Numbered from the stretch's first letter, positions 1-9,717 are shown. The stretch is DNA of 20,000 nucleotides from Mayamaea pseudoterrestris (GCA_027923505.1 BROI01000029.1:309370-329369), one strand, 5' to 3'. Notes: a model not told the origin generated them from the sequence alone. Translations and numbers: made by a program.

Positions 1-2
1 TT

Positions 3-170
3 GAGGTGACCGCGGAGTATTTTGTCAGCGCTGGAGCGGAACTTATCTGGGTCGTCAAATCCCAGACCGAAATGCCTATCAAGTATCCACTAACGAAAGC
101 AATTTTGGCAGATACGCAAATTGACGGGTGTGATTGTGGCTCTGGCAGAGCCATTGACTGTGATTTGTAA
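3..170 (+). CDS. Possible 3' end of an upstream gene (partial, product unknown)
   Basis: Frame 3 is open from the window edge to TAA at 168-170 (EVTAEYFVSAGAELIWVVKSQTEMPIKYPLTKAILADTQIDGCDCGSGRAIDCDL*) and is followed by AT-richer sequence. No recognisable motif. Confidence 0.3.
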   Translation, partial: EVTAEYFVSAGAELIWVVKSQTEMPIKYPLTKAILADTQIDGCDCGSGRAIDCDL

Positions 171-380
171 CTAGGTAAACTCATACTTTATCGGGAAAAG
201 TTAATCGCCTATTTACTGGTTGTCAATACTTGCTTTCTGTGCAAGTCTATGACACATTCTCGTGGGTTTGGCAAAGTGCATGCGAGCGAGATCAAACGGG
301 ATCTTTTCCTTCGTCTTACCGGTACTAAAAGATCGAGAAATCGGATCGACGCGGAGCGTCATCAATCACAAAGCAAGATT

Positions 381-2483
381 ATGATGTTATTCGAGGCGCG
401 ATCAAGAGCCGCAATCTTTTCTCTGTGTCTGGTATTTCAGCTATTCGAGTATAGAACTGCCGAAGCTTTTCTCCTGACTCGAAAGAACACGCGAGTGCCA
501 GCGCTGGGCGGATCTGCTAACGATTTTTCATCGTCGAAACAGCTTCACGATGACCTACGTCTGCACGAAAATGATCAACGGAGTATGCTTTTACAGGTCT
601 TGTTTAACAACTCGTTGACAGAAGTTACCCTAACCGGTCAAGCGAAGTTGAAAACGACGAGCGAGTCCGTCTTGCAAGACTGTGCTGTATTAGTGTCGCC
701 GCCAGATAGTCTTGAGGACTTGGGCTTGGGCCATGCTGCCATGCCAGCACTCCTCGTTCCCTTGACACCACCGCAACTAAAGCTTCTTCAATGCACCGCA
801 ATGAAACTGCCGCAATCCAAGTGGACACTCATATCATCGCTGAATCCACTCTTGGTGAACCGCGACGGCGCTTTGTGTGACAATATTCCTTGGGCCGAGT
901 GGACGGTTGATCCGCAGCAACGCAATCGCGATGCATCCAACAATATCATTGCAACCAAGTATCACTCTGGAAAGCGAGATGCCTACAATCGATTCCTGGG
1001 CAAGGACTGGGCTGGTTCTGCGACTGCCAGTGTTGGATTGCTGCGGAGCGTTTTGGATCAAAGGCAAGACTCGGCAAAAAATGACCTTGACGAAAGTGGC
1101 ACCAAGATTCTTGACGACTTTGGCTTGGACCAAGAGTCGCAAACGCAATTGGCGCGTCGTATTTGGGAGATTCAGTATCGCGAGGCGCAAATGGATTTGG
1201 CGGAGATTGAGTCGAACTTGGCAGTCGCAACGCAGCAAGCGAGAAATGACGTGAGCGTTTGGGAGCAACAGCGAAACGTTGCCGCCCAAGCATTGCAGAA
1301 GCTGCAAGCACAAGGGCAATCAAGCACTAAAGGTGAACTACAGTCCAGTGCGTTGGACAAGCCGACGAGAAATGCTCCGCCATACCGAGGCGCTTCTGGC
1401 TATGATCCTGCTGCCGCCGAAGATACGGCAACGTACCGCTCGCCCTATGACTTGCTCAAGGAAATTATAAAAGATCAATTGCAAGCGGAAATGGTTGGCG
1501 CCGTTCTAGAAATATCAAGTCTGCTGCAGGCGACCGTGGGTGGAGCATTGGTTATCCGACGAATATCCGCCAAGGAATCTATTTCCATTGCAGGTGAAAC
1601 ATTATCTATCGATAATACATCGGAGGACTACGGAAATCCCAACGTGACAGGCCGCACTACCATTGTCGTGGAATGCGACGCGGATGAAGCCATTGGTATG
1701 GCACTGGCCTGCGATGTGCCTCTCCACGTGGAGACTGAGCTTTTCGATCGAGCGAGCGTCATGTGCCAAGTCAAGGATGACGACCATTTCAACGCAACTT
1801 CCACCAGCTATAAGTCATTATTACGCACGTGGAGAGCCATGGATAGCGAACTGTCTATATTAAAGGAAGGCCAATATGTTAACCAGTCGAAAACGGAGCG
1901 AGTGCTGGCGGTTCGCAGTCCGCGATCGACCTCACTGTTTGATGCCATGTTTGCGATGCCGCCGCCTCCATCATCGCCCGTCTTTCCAACTGATAACCCC
2001 GTTAAAACGTTAAATGAATATGACGCATTGTCAGTTGTTGATAAAGCACAAACCTTGCAATCAATGAGCGGATTCAATGGGCGACTGCCCAGACCTCGAG
2101 TTGTGCGCGAGAAGCCATCGTCGTTGGATGAATTACTAATACCCCTTGTAGATGAGTCGGTTCGCCGACAGTACCTAATTCGCGATGCCAAGCAGCGAGG
2201 AGACACGGTGACTGCCGCAGAATTAGAATCTCGCAAGAGTCAGCGGCAGGTCGCAAAGGAACGAGCGGACTTTGCTCGAGATATGGGCAAGGATGACGAG
2301 GCCGAATATTGGGAAAACGAAGCTAACTTCTTAGAAACACTTCGAGCGGATGCGACCCAAGACGAGGGTGCATATTCAGAGTGGCTTGATCGGGACGAGT
2401 GGTACGAGCGGCAACGATTGAAACTAGCAAAGCGAGTGGACAAGAAAAAGTTAGGAACGTTGCTCGATGGGATTGACTTTTGA
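381..2483 (+). CDS. Putative plastid-targeted protein (about 700 aa) with a central DUF151/bifunctional nuclease (BFN)-like domain, coiled coil and charged helical C-terminus
   Basis: Uninterrupted ORF 249..2483. ATG 381 is preferred because it places a signal-like segment (AAIFSLCLVFQLF) before AEA|F (459-470), resembling the diatom ASAFAP motif. The segment PYDLLKEII...GGALVIRR...VECDADEAIGMALACDVPLHVETELFDRA resembles the DUF151 pattern (THDLL...D.RPSDAIALAL...PIYV). Confidence 0.75.
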   Translation: MMLFEARSRAAIFSLCLVFQLFEYRTAEAFLLTRKNTRVPALGGSANDFSSSKQLHDDLRLHENDQRSMLLQVLFNNSLTEVTLTGQAKLKTTSESVLQDCAVLVSPPDSLEDLGLGHAAMPALLVPLTPPQLKLLQCTAMKLPQSKWTLISSLNPLLVNRDGALCDNIPWAEWTVDPQQRNRDASNNIIATKYHSGKRDAYNRFLGKDWAGSATASVGLLRSVLDQRQDSAKNDLDESGTKILDDFGLDQESQTQLARRIWEIQYREAQMDLAEIESNLAVATQQARNDVSVWEQQRNVAAQALQKLQAQGQSSTKGELQSSALDKPTRNAPPYRGASGYDPAAAEDTATYRSPYDLLKEIIKDQLQAEMVGAVLEISSLLQATVGGALVIRRISAKESISIAGETLSIDNTSEDYGNPNVTGRTTIVVECDADEAIGMALACDVPLHVETELFDRASVMCQVKDDDHFNATSTSYKSLLRTWRAMDSELSILKEGQYVNQSKTERVLAVRSPRSTSLFDAMFAMPPPPSSPVFPTDNPVKTLNEYDALSVVDKAQTLQSMSGFNGRLPRPRVVREKPSSLDELLIPLVDESVRRQYLIRDAKQRGDTVTAAELESRKSQRQVAKERADFARDMGKDDEAEYWENEANFLETLRADATQDEGAYSEWLDRDEWYERQRLKLAKRVDKKKLGTLLDGIDF

Positions 2484-2608
2484 TTGCCAATTTGGAGATA
2501 TCTCACGTTCGACAGAAAGCGTACAGTAGCTTCATGATACATGTTTGTAATGTTAATTTATATGCATATATATCGTACGTGATTCTTTGCTTGCTACCGG
2601 ACGCGATG

Positions 2609-4087
2609 CTAGCAAATCACAGCTGGTTTGAGTTCATGATCATTGAGTCCATCCTCCTCGCTCGTGTCATCATAGTATTCAATCTGAGAGCTATCGTCTA
2701 GCCCCAAATCATAATCTAACCGTTCTATTCGACCCATTTCCAAGTGGGAATGCATCACGCTGTCGCCATGTTCACCGTCCTCAACAACCGGCGAAGGAGC
2801 AATCTCGTACACGATCACACCGAGAATCGTACCAGATAGGGCGACGAAAAACAGTTTCTGAGGAAGTATTCCTTGCGCTGCCACGGAGAAGACTACACTC
2901 CATATGTCTCCGGTCAGGAGTGACAAGTTGTAGAAAGTAGCTTCCGAAACCTGAAGAAACTGCGCCGTACCAACGTAACGCGCAATGCTGGCGACGACAT
3001 ATGCAGCCAGCACCCACCACGCCGTCGATCCGGTGCATGTTTCGCTACGATCGCCACTAGCAAAAAAGAATTCCGCAATCTCCTCGCGTTCAAACAAGCT
3101 GCAATGTATAAAGGCAATCATACTTGCCCAGAAGCCAAGCATGCCAAGATACTCGTCAGGTCCACCAATCGTTCGAACCGACACTTCCTGCACAACATTG
3201 CTCGCACCAACAAGCATGCCACCAATCGCCGCAAACAAGTCGCCAAGCATCATGTGCGGGTACTGCTGAACAACCACGCTTTCCGGTTCGCGCTGGTCAA
3301 CCTTGAAGTCGGTTACAATGTTTAGTACAATGCCGCCAATGCAGAGAGCGACGCCAACAAAGTGTAACTTGGTGTAGCAGCGTTGTAGAAAGACCTTTGA
3401 TAGTATGAGTGCGCTTGGAATGGCCAAGGCATCCAGCAAGGAGACGGATGTCAGTGTCGTGTACTGAAAGCCGCGCATGACAATGTAGTTGGCGTAAATG
3501 TCGAGTAAACTGATTGGAAAATATATTCTGCTCTTTTTCCAAAAATCAAAGGAAGGTGAAAGATCATGTTGAGAGGCTTGTCCTATTCTGTGGGCCGTAT
3601 CTTGTGGCATGGGCGTCGTAACGGAATTGTCGCTACTAGGTGACTCGCAGCTTGTTCGATCGGACATTGCATCATGGTCATCCTTTTCGTCGCTGCCAAT
3701 AGCAGTATTGTCGTTTCTGGCAACTTTAATCAGTAGCCCTGACAAGCCAACGTAAAAGAGCCCCACTGTAAACATTGGCGCCTTTAAGCGACAATCAATT
3801 GAAAGTGCAGCTTGGGCAGCTCCACTGCAGGCGACGAGAAACGAGAGTAATTGTCCAGCAAGTAAGACATCACACTTGTTCGCCAAGTGCTGGCAGACTG
3901 CCGAGGCCCGGCAAGAAATCAAGTCCATGAATGCGTGAACACAAGTTTGTTCACTGCTACTCTGAATTCTCATCTTTTTCATTCTTCCGGATGTCGAAGG
4001 CGGTGTTGCATTTGCGGGCGCAGATACCAACTCGGATCTTGGTCCACCAGCATCTTCGTCATAACGTCTTGAGGTTTCAACTTCCAT
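2609..4087 (-). CDS. SLC35F: Solute carrier family 35 member F1/F2-like (DUF914, DMT superfamily) transporter, 492 aa
   Basis: About 10 hydrophobic segments. Family-typical motifs LLDIYANYIVMRGFQYTTLTSVSLLDALAIP, LGDLFAAIGGMLVGASNVVQE, EYLGMLGFW and SEATFYNLSLLTGDIWS. Confidence 0.9.
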   Translation of the reverse strand: MEVETSRRYDEDAGGPRSELVSAPANATPPSTSGRMKKMRIQSSSEQTCVHAFMDLISCRASAVCQHLANKCDVLLAGQLLSFLVACSGAAQAALSIDCRLKAPMFTVGLFYVGLSGLLIKVARNDNTAIGSDEKDDHDAMSDRTSCESPSSDNSVTTPMPQDTAHRIGQASQHDLSPSFDFWKKSRIYFPISLLDIYANYIVMRGFQYTTLTSVSLLDALAIPSALILSKVFLQRCYTKLHFVGVALCIGGIVLNIVTDFKVDQREPESVVVQQYPHMMLGDLFAAIGGMLVGASNVVQEVSVRTIGGPDEYLGMLGFWASMIAFIHCSLFEREEIAEFFFASGDRSETCTGSTAWWVLAAYVVASIARYVGTAQFLQVSEATFYNLSLLTGDIWSVVFSVAAQGILPQKLFFVALSGTILGVIVYEIAPSPVVEDGEHGDSVMHSHLEMGRIERLDYDLGLDDSSQIEYYDDTSEEDGLNDHELKPAVIC

Positions 4088-4875
4088 ATTGTCCGTAGCG
4101 GGTTGTTGGTGGTGGCGCAGTGACTGTAAATCGGGTTTGAACTAAAGTAGCTAACGGTCGGTCAAGCTCGGCGAAAGAAGTTCTTCGTTGTATTTGCAGG
4201 CTAACACGAAAGCCTGATGGGTTGAAAATCTCTTCTCCCTCCTCACAGGCCTGATCAAAAATAGTAGTAGACTGAAAGTCAGCCCGTACAGAGACCAGTC
4301 GTTTGCTTGTTAACAGGCACGTTGCCTCGAAGGTACGGAACGAGTGAAAGTGACTGATTCACGGAACGAGTTCGAATCGATGCTTGACGGGATCAGTTGG
4401 GATATCGTAAACCTCTGGCGATCTAGCTCTCTAATGCACTGGTATAGTTGCTTTCAACAGCTCTGGCTCAACTCCCTCCACTCCATCTAGCGCTATTAAA
4501 AGAAAGACCCTCGACTGTTTCGTCCTTTCGAACGGATGATGAGGTTTGCGCGGGCCGTTTGGTCCGTCCGTCTTGGCTACGTGGCTTTGAAAATGTCACT
4601 CGGTCATGTGTTCTTTTCACTCCCATTTGGACAGAAATGTTGCGCACATGCGCGTTTTCACATGCATTCACTGTCATTGTACTTCTAACCTCGCAAGATC
4701 TACTTGTACATCTTTGATTACGCTGTGTATTGGTATATACTAACAATGAAGTGATTATCTTAAAGACAAAGGAGTTGAGGGATTTGGATGTTGGTGGCTG
4801 TTCTGCAAAAAGCACCTAATGAGCCACTTCAATCTTTTCCGTCCATGTGCCGTTCGATACAGTATGTGATGGAAT

Positions 4876-5937
4876 CTAGTGCTTGTCATAAACATGTACG
4901 CTGCAAAGCCGCACCGAGTCACAAGTGGAAAGGTTGACTCGCTCTTCGACCGTGACAATCAAGCGAATCCACGGCCGCTGCTTGGAACCCTTGGCCAAGT
5001 CCGACTTGCGAAATAGACCAAACGGGTGCTTTGTAGTGATGCGCGCGTGAACATGGTGATTGATTCCATCACAATACAACTGCATGTCAGTTGGCAGTAT
5101 GGCGCACGTCTTGGGTGATTGCAGCACCAAGTCAGGACTGCCTACAAAGTCATTGAGTCGAAAATACACTTCATTGACGCTGGAACTCGGCGCAATCCGA
5201 GGAAGCAATGCCTGGAAAAGCTCTTGTGATGATATCGTGGAATGTTGCGTCGTTTGATTGCATAACTTGCTGAGGAACTCCATGTACAGCGATGGACTCT
5301 TGACGCCGAGTCCGTCAACAATCACCCCATTGATGGTCAACTTGCTAGAAGCGACTTCATTCTGCAAAGACAGCATTTCTTCTGGATCATCCATTGAAAA
5401 GTCACTCAATGCACCTAGTTGAATGTCCTGCAGGAGTGGTGAGCTTGCGATCGTCCGGATCATCATGCGTCGGTCGTTGCTTCGACTGAACTTGGATAGT
5501 GAATTCTTAAGCTTCTCGATAGGATCCAATACTGGCACGGCTTGCTTCTGCTGCTTTTGTTTTTGTATCTGAGAAATAGCTGTTGCTTGAGACCCCGCCA
5601 ATGGAGATTGCTTGGAGTTGGCCGACTTGTCGTCGCGAGGAAAAGGAGACGATCGAGACGATGCAGGAGGTGCGTCGCGACGATCAACGTTTGATGCATC
5701 TCTCGCAGCGTGTGGAATTGCCCTCGATACTCGTGGCGACGATGAGCGCATTGACGACGGAGGCCCATCTCGACGCTCCAGATCCTTGAAAGCAGCACGA
5801 GGAACTTTGACCACCTGTCGCGGTGATGGCGCGCGAGCGACAAATTGGTTGTCAGCTGTGAAAGCTTTCGCCGGTGAGCTGGCCACAAATCTTTGCGCCT
5901 CCAATTGATGAGGTGTCAGGATGCGATTGAACACCAT
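4876..5937 (-). CDS. Hypothetical protein, tandem paralog A (about 353 aa): disordered Ser/Pro/Arg-rich N-terminus plus conserved C-terminal domain of unknown function
   Basis: Long ORF whose first ATG is at 5937 (the track start at 5994 is TTG). The C-terminal ~200 aa align by eye with the 6249..7052 product, which supports coding status. Confidence 0.8.
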   Translation of the reverse strand: MVFNRILTPHQLEAQRFVASSPAKAFTADNQFVARAPSPRQVVKVPRAAFKDLERRDGPPSSMRSSSPRVSRAIPHAARDASNVDRRDAPPASSRSSPFPRDDKSANSKQSPLAGSQATAISQIQKQKQQKQAVPVLDPIEKLKNSLSKFSRSNDRRMMIRTIASSPLLQDIQLGALSDFSMDDPEEMLSLQNEVASSKLTINGVIVDGLGVKSPSLYMEFLSKLCNQTTQHSTISSQELFQALLPRIAPSSSVNEVYFRLNDFVGSPDLVLQSPKTCAILPTDMQLYCDGINHHVHARITTKHPFGLFRKSDLAKGSKQRPWIRLIVTVEERVNLSTCDSVRLCSVHVYDKH

Positions 5938-6248
5938 TGTTCTATTGTCGATAGTCGGAGGATGGTGATGAAGTAGTAAAGTCGAACTGAACAATTAATT
6001 TGTCTTGGGCTCGACAATGAATCGAAATAATGGCGGCGAGCTTGGCGGCATCGCAAAAAGCGAGCCGGCACGTGCATTTCGTGAAAAGTCGACGCACGCG
6101 GTGCGCGCTTCAAATTCGAAACTTGCTCGCAATTTCATTACTGTATGTAGCCACCATTTTAGTAACAGCTATAACTTCCTATAATATACATCAAGCCAGT
6201 TTATCGTGTGCAGTACTTTTAGTCGCACTTTTAACTTCACACAAATCT

Positions 6249-7052
6249 TTACACAAAACCTAACTTCTCCGCCACCTTGACGGTGCAATATCGAACACTT
6301 TGCTGGTTGCTCAATTTGATTCTTTCGTGCACTGTCACCAGCAAATTGATCCATGGCCTCTTTGCCCGAGTCGATAGATCCACTTTGCGCAGCAAGCCGT
6401 AGGAGTGCAAAGTTTCGCTTTGCATGTGAATGCTGCCACTACAAGCGAAAACATCCAGTTTCGAATGAGTCGGCGGTCCATCATTTGAAGGAAGCAGCTT
6501 GAGATCGGGGCTGCCCAGTAGCGCATTGGCTAGGAAATACGCGTCATTGGCAGCGATAGACCGAGTCAGGCGGAGAATGGCTGCCTGAAAAATTTGCTCT
6601 GTCGACAAGCTCGACTCACACGCCAATGAATCACATATTTTTTCCATCACCCGAAGCATTTCTTTCTTTTGGAGATTGCTGCTTCCTCCCAACTTGACAT
6701 GGTTGAGCATTATTTTAGATTGCGTCACTTCTTCCTCCAGCTTAAGCCAGCCAGCCTCGTCGTCGGCGAGCGGTCCGACCAGCTTTGGCAAAGCAATATT
6801 CCTGAGCAGCTTGCTGTCTTCTAATAAGCGCAACATCATGATTCGATCATTGTTCTTGATGAATCGATACATAGCATTCTTGAGTTGCAGCTGTGTTTCC
6901 ACCTTGTCGGCCTTTGACGCCGGAAGTTCATGCTTGCTCGCCCGATAAAGTTCGCCCTTGGCGACGAGCTCCTTTGCCTTGCTAATGGCATTGCGCTGCA
7001 ATATACTACCGGGAGAAACGATTCTGTTGCGTGGTGAAAAGGGACGGACCAT
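6249..7052 (-). CDS. Hypothetical protein, tandem paralog B (267 aa), sharing the C-terminal domain with 4876..5937
   Basis: ATG-initiated ORF. Shared blocks include NDR.MM.R, EV..SK...N, YF..N...GSPDL, H..GL.RK.DL, RPWI.L.VTV.ER..LS and SVR.C.V.V. Confidence 0.8.
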   Translation of the reverse strand: MVRPFSPRNRIVSPGSILQRNAISKAKELVAKGELYRASKHELPASKADKVETQLQLKNAMYRFIKNNDRIMMLRLLEDSKLLRNIALPKLVGPLADDEAGWLKLEEEVTQSKIMLNHVKLGGSSNLQKKEMLRVMEKICDSLACESSLSTEQIFQAAILRLTRSIAANDAYFLANALLGSPDLKLLPSNDGPPTHSKLDVFACSGSIHMQSETLHSYGLLRKVDLSTRAKRPWINLLVTVHERIKLSNQQSVRYCTVKVAEKLGFV

Positions 7053-7320
7053 TTTGCGGCAACTTGATCAATCTACTCGCAGAGGAAGAAGCACCATGGA
7101 AAATGCTTGTTTTGCGTTTGTCGAGAAACTGATTTTAGCGAGTGCCGCCTCGCTCTTGCGCGCCAGTCGAGCTACGTGACGTAATGAAAAGCTTCCGATG
7201 ACCCAAGCAGAATGACCCTGCCGCTCGCCCCCATCGACCATGACGAAGATCTCGCGTGTCAACACATGCAGCATCCGCTCTAATAAGTTATAGCTTGGAC
7301 TTGAGAGGCTAGCTGCAACC
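7053..7320. promoter_or_regulatory. Short divergent (bidirectional) promoter region between paralog B and GFAT
   Basis: Only 268 bp separate the head-to-head ATGs at 7052 (-) and 7321 (+). It contains TACGTGACGTA at 7173-7183 (bZIP-type ACGT cores). Confidence 0.45.
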
Positions 7321-9717
7321 ATGGCGACGCTCTCTCGTCGCTTACTGACAACTCAGTCACTAGTCTCGCGGTCACTTGTGACGAGGAAACTCGCATCAAA
7401 AGCCACATTCATGTCCACTAGTTCAGCAATCATTGTTCCAGCTTTGACAAACAATCATAGTCAGCAGCAATCGAAGCATTCGCATGGTCTCTGGTTGGCG
7501 GCTGGCGCAGGCTTGTTGGGGTTATTGTCTTCGCAAGAATACAATCGTAGAGCGCAGTGCTGCGGAATTGCTGGAGTAGTATCGTCTGCCAAGGCTGGCG
7601 AACATCATGATGCAAGGTACGTTCCATCTTGTCTGTACATGGAGGCAACAACGCGAGACACGCAGCTGTGCGAAGCCCCCGTCGAGATGGAATAGAGAGA
7701 GTCCCCGACAGCATCGTAAACAACGCTTGCTTACTTTGCATCCAAGGCGAAATCTAACTAATCAGCTCTTATTCGCACAGAGACTTTCTACTGGAAGGAT
7801 TGAGCATTTTAAAGAGCCGTGGCTACGATAGTGCCGGTATGGCGACGACGACCGAGGATGGAAAAGCTTTGGTAAGTTATCATAGTCTTTAAAGCAAGTT
7901 TTTCTATCTAAGTTGGCACAATATCACGCACTCATGCCATCGTCTATTCGTCGATTCACTCGCTGTAACAGGTCGTCACAAAGTACGCAAGTGATGGCGA
8001 AAAGGCCGATTGCATAGACCTTTTGCGCTCACACTCACAAGGCTCCGTCGGTCACCCAGTCGGAATCGCCCACACTCGCTGGGCCACGCACGGCGCAAAG
8101 ACGGACGAGAATGCCCATCCTCATGTTGATAGCTCCGGAAAGATTGCCTTGGTGCATAACGGTACTTTGAACAATGCGAATGAGCTCCGACGCCGACTCC
8201 AGTCGGAAGGTCATGTATTTACATCGCAGACGGACACGGAAGTCATTGCGAAACTGATAGGTCACTACTACAAATTGAGTGAAAGCAAGAGCTTGCGGGG
8301 CGCGACGGAACAAGCCTTGTTAGAGTGCGATGGGTCCTGGGGTCTTTGCATCATGTGCTCCGATCATCCAGACGAATTAGTAGTCGCCTGCAACGGTTCA
8401 CCCTTGGTGATTGGAATTGCTGACGACCGCACGTTCGTTGCGAGTGAAACTGCCGCCTTTAATCGCTACACGAAAAATTTCATTTCCATGAAGGATGGCG
8501 AAATTGGAGTGCTGACGGCTGATGGGCAGCACTTGGACCTGACGCGTCAGCAGGTGGCACCGGATCACAAGATTGTTCTTTCGCCTGATCCGTACCCACA
8601 CTGGACGCTGAAGGAATGCATGGAGCAGCCCGAGTCGGTTGCACGTGCTCTTGGTTATGGTGGTCGCATGAGCTCCGACAGAATCCAGTTGGGTGGTTTG
8701 GATACGCATGTTGACAAGCTGAAGCGAATCAAGCATATGATGCTGTCAGCTTGCGGAACGAGTTTAAACGCTTCCAAGTATGGTGAACGGTTAATGAAGC
8801 TGATGGGTAGCTTTGACACCGTGACTTGTCTAGATTCTGCCGAAACGGAAGCGAAAGATTTCCCGTGTCCCAACAACGTATTGGAGTCAGGCTTGATAGT
8901 TGTGTCACAGAGCGGTGAGACGAAAGACGTTGTCCGAGTCGTGAACACGGCGTTAGAAAAGGGAGTCACTTGCTTGAGTGTCGTCAATACCGTTGGCAGT
9001 TTGATCGCCCGGACGACAAAGCTTGGTGTGTACTGCAATGCTGGGCGAGAAAATGCAGTCGCAAGCACCAAAGCATTTACCACGCAAGTGACTGTTCTGG
9101 CGCTAGTTGCGCTGTGGTTTCGACAATTGCGCGACACAATCGAAGGGACTCCTCCAAGTGTCGAAGCGATGCGCCTAAAAGATTCGTTGATGCGCCTTCC
9201 AATTACCCTCGGAATGGCCATGAAGACCAGAGAAAAGTGCAAGGCCGTTGCGCAGCGATTGAAAGACAAGGAACATTGCTTTGTTCTTGGTAAGGGGTTC
9301 GGTGAGCCAGTAGCCTACGAGGGAGCGCTGAAGATCAAAGAAATGTGTTATCTGCATGCTGAAGGCTACAGTGGCGGTGCTCTCAAGCATGGCCCATTCG
9401 CGTTGCTTGAAGACGACAAGGGCAAGTTTGGTGCCACGCCCATCATCATGCTCATCTTTGATGACAACCACGCCCATCATATGCGCACTGCTGCTGAAGA
9501 AGTCAAGGCCCGCGGCGCAGAAATCATAATTATCACCGACAAGCCATCGTTGGCCAGAGATTTGGACCCGGACCCAATCGTGATACCCACGAATGGTGCC
9601 ATGACTGCACTGGGAGCTGTCATTCCACTGCAGCTACTTGCATATGAACTGGCCATGCTCCGCGGAGTCAACCCCGATACACCTCGAAACCTTGCCAAGG
9701 CTGTTACAGTCGATTAG
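7321..9717 (+). CDS. glmS: Glutamine--fructose-6-phosphate amidotransferase (isomerizing; GFAT/GlmS), 710-aa precursor, join(7321..7616,7781..7871,7972..9717)
   Basis: Removing GT-AG introns 7617-7780 and 7872-7971 gives one frame: CGIAGV...[22 protein letters not shown]...VVTKYA...AHTRWATHG...NAHPH...VHNG...SQTDTEV (class II glutaminase). Two SIS domains follow with [25 protein letters not shown] and the C-terminal [11 protein letters not shown]. Confidence 0.97.

Noticed and set aside
249..380. Longest-ORF start for the first gene
   Set aside because: It would bury the signal-like segment about 50 aa inside the protein, so ATG 381 fits better. Not fully excluded.
4448..4958. Short intergenic ORFs here, and similar ones at 10702..10947 and 12717..13337
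   Set aside because: Short, often with non-ATG starts, and without protein-like features. They are more likely UTR or promoter sequence.
8023..9717. N-terminally truncated GFAT lacking the catalytic Cys (ORF track start at TTG 8023)
   Set aside because: The missing CGIAG and RGYDSAG motifs are present in two upstream exons.
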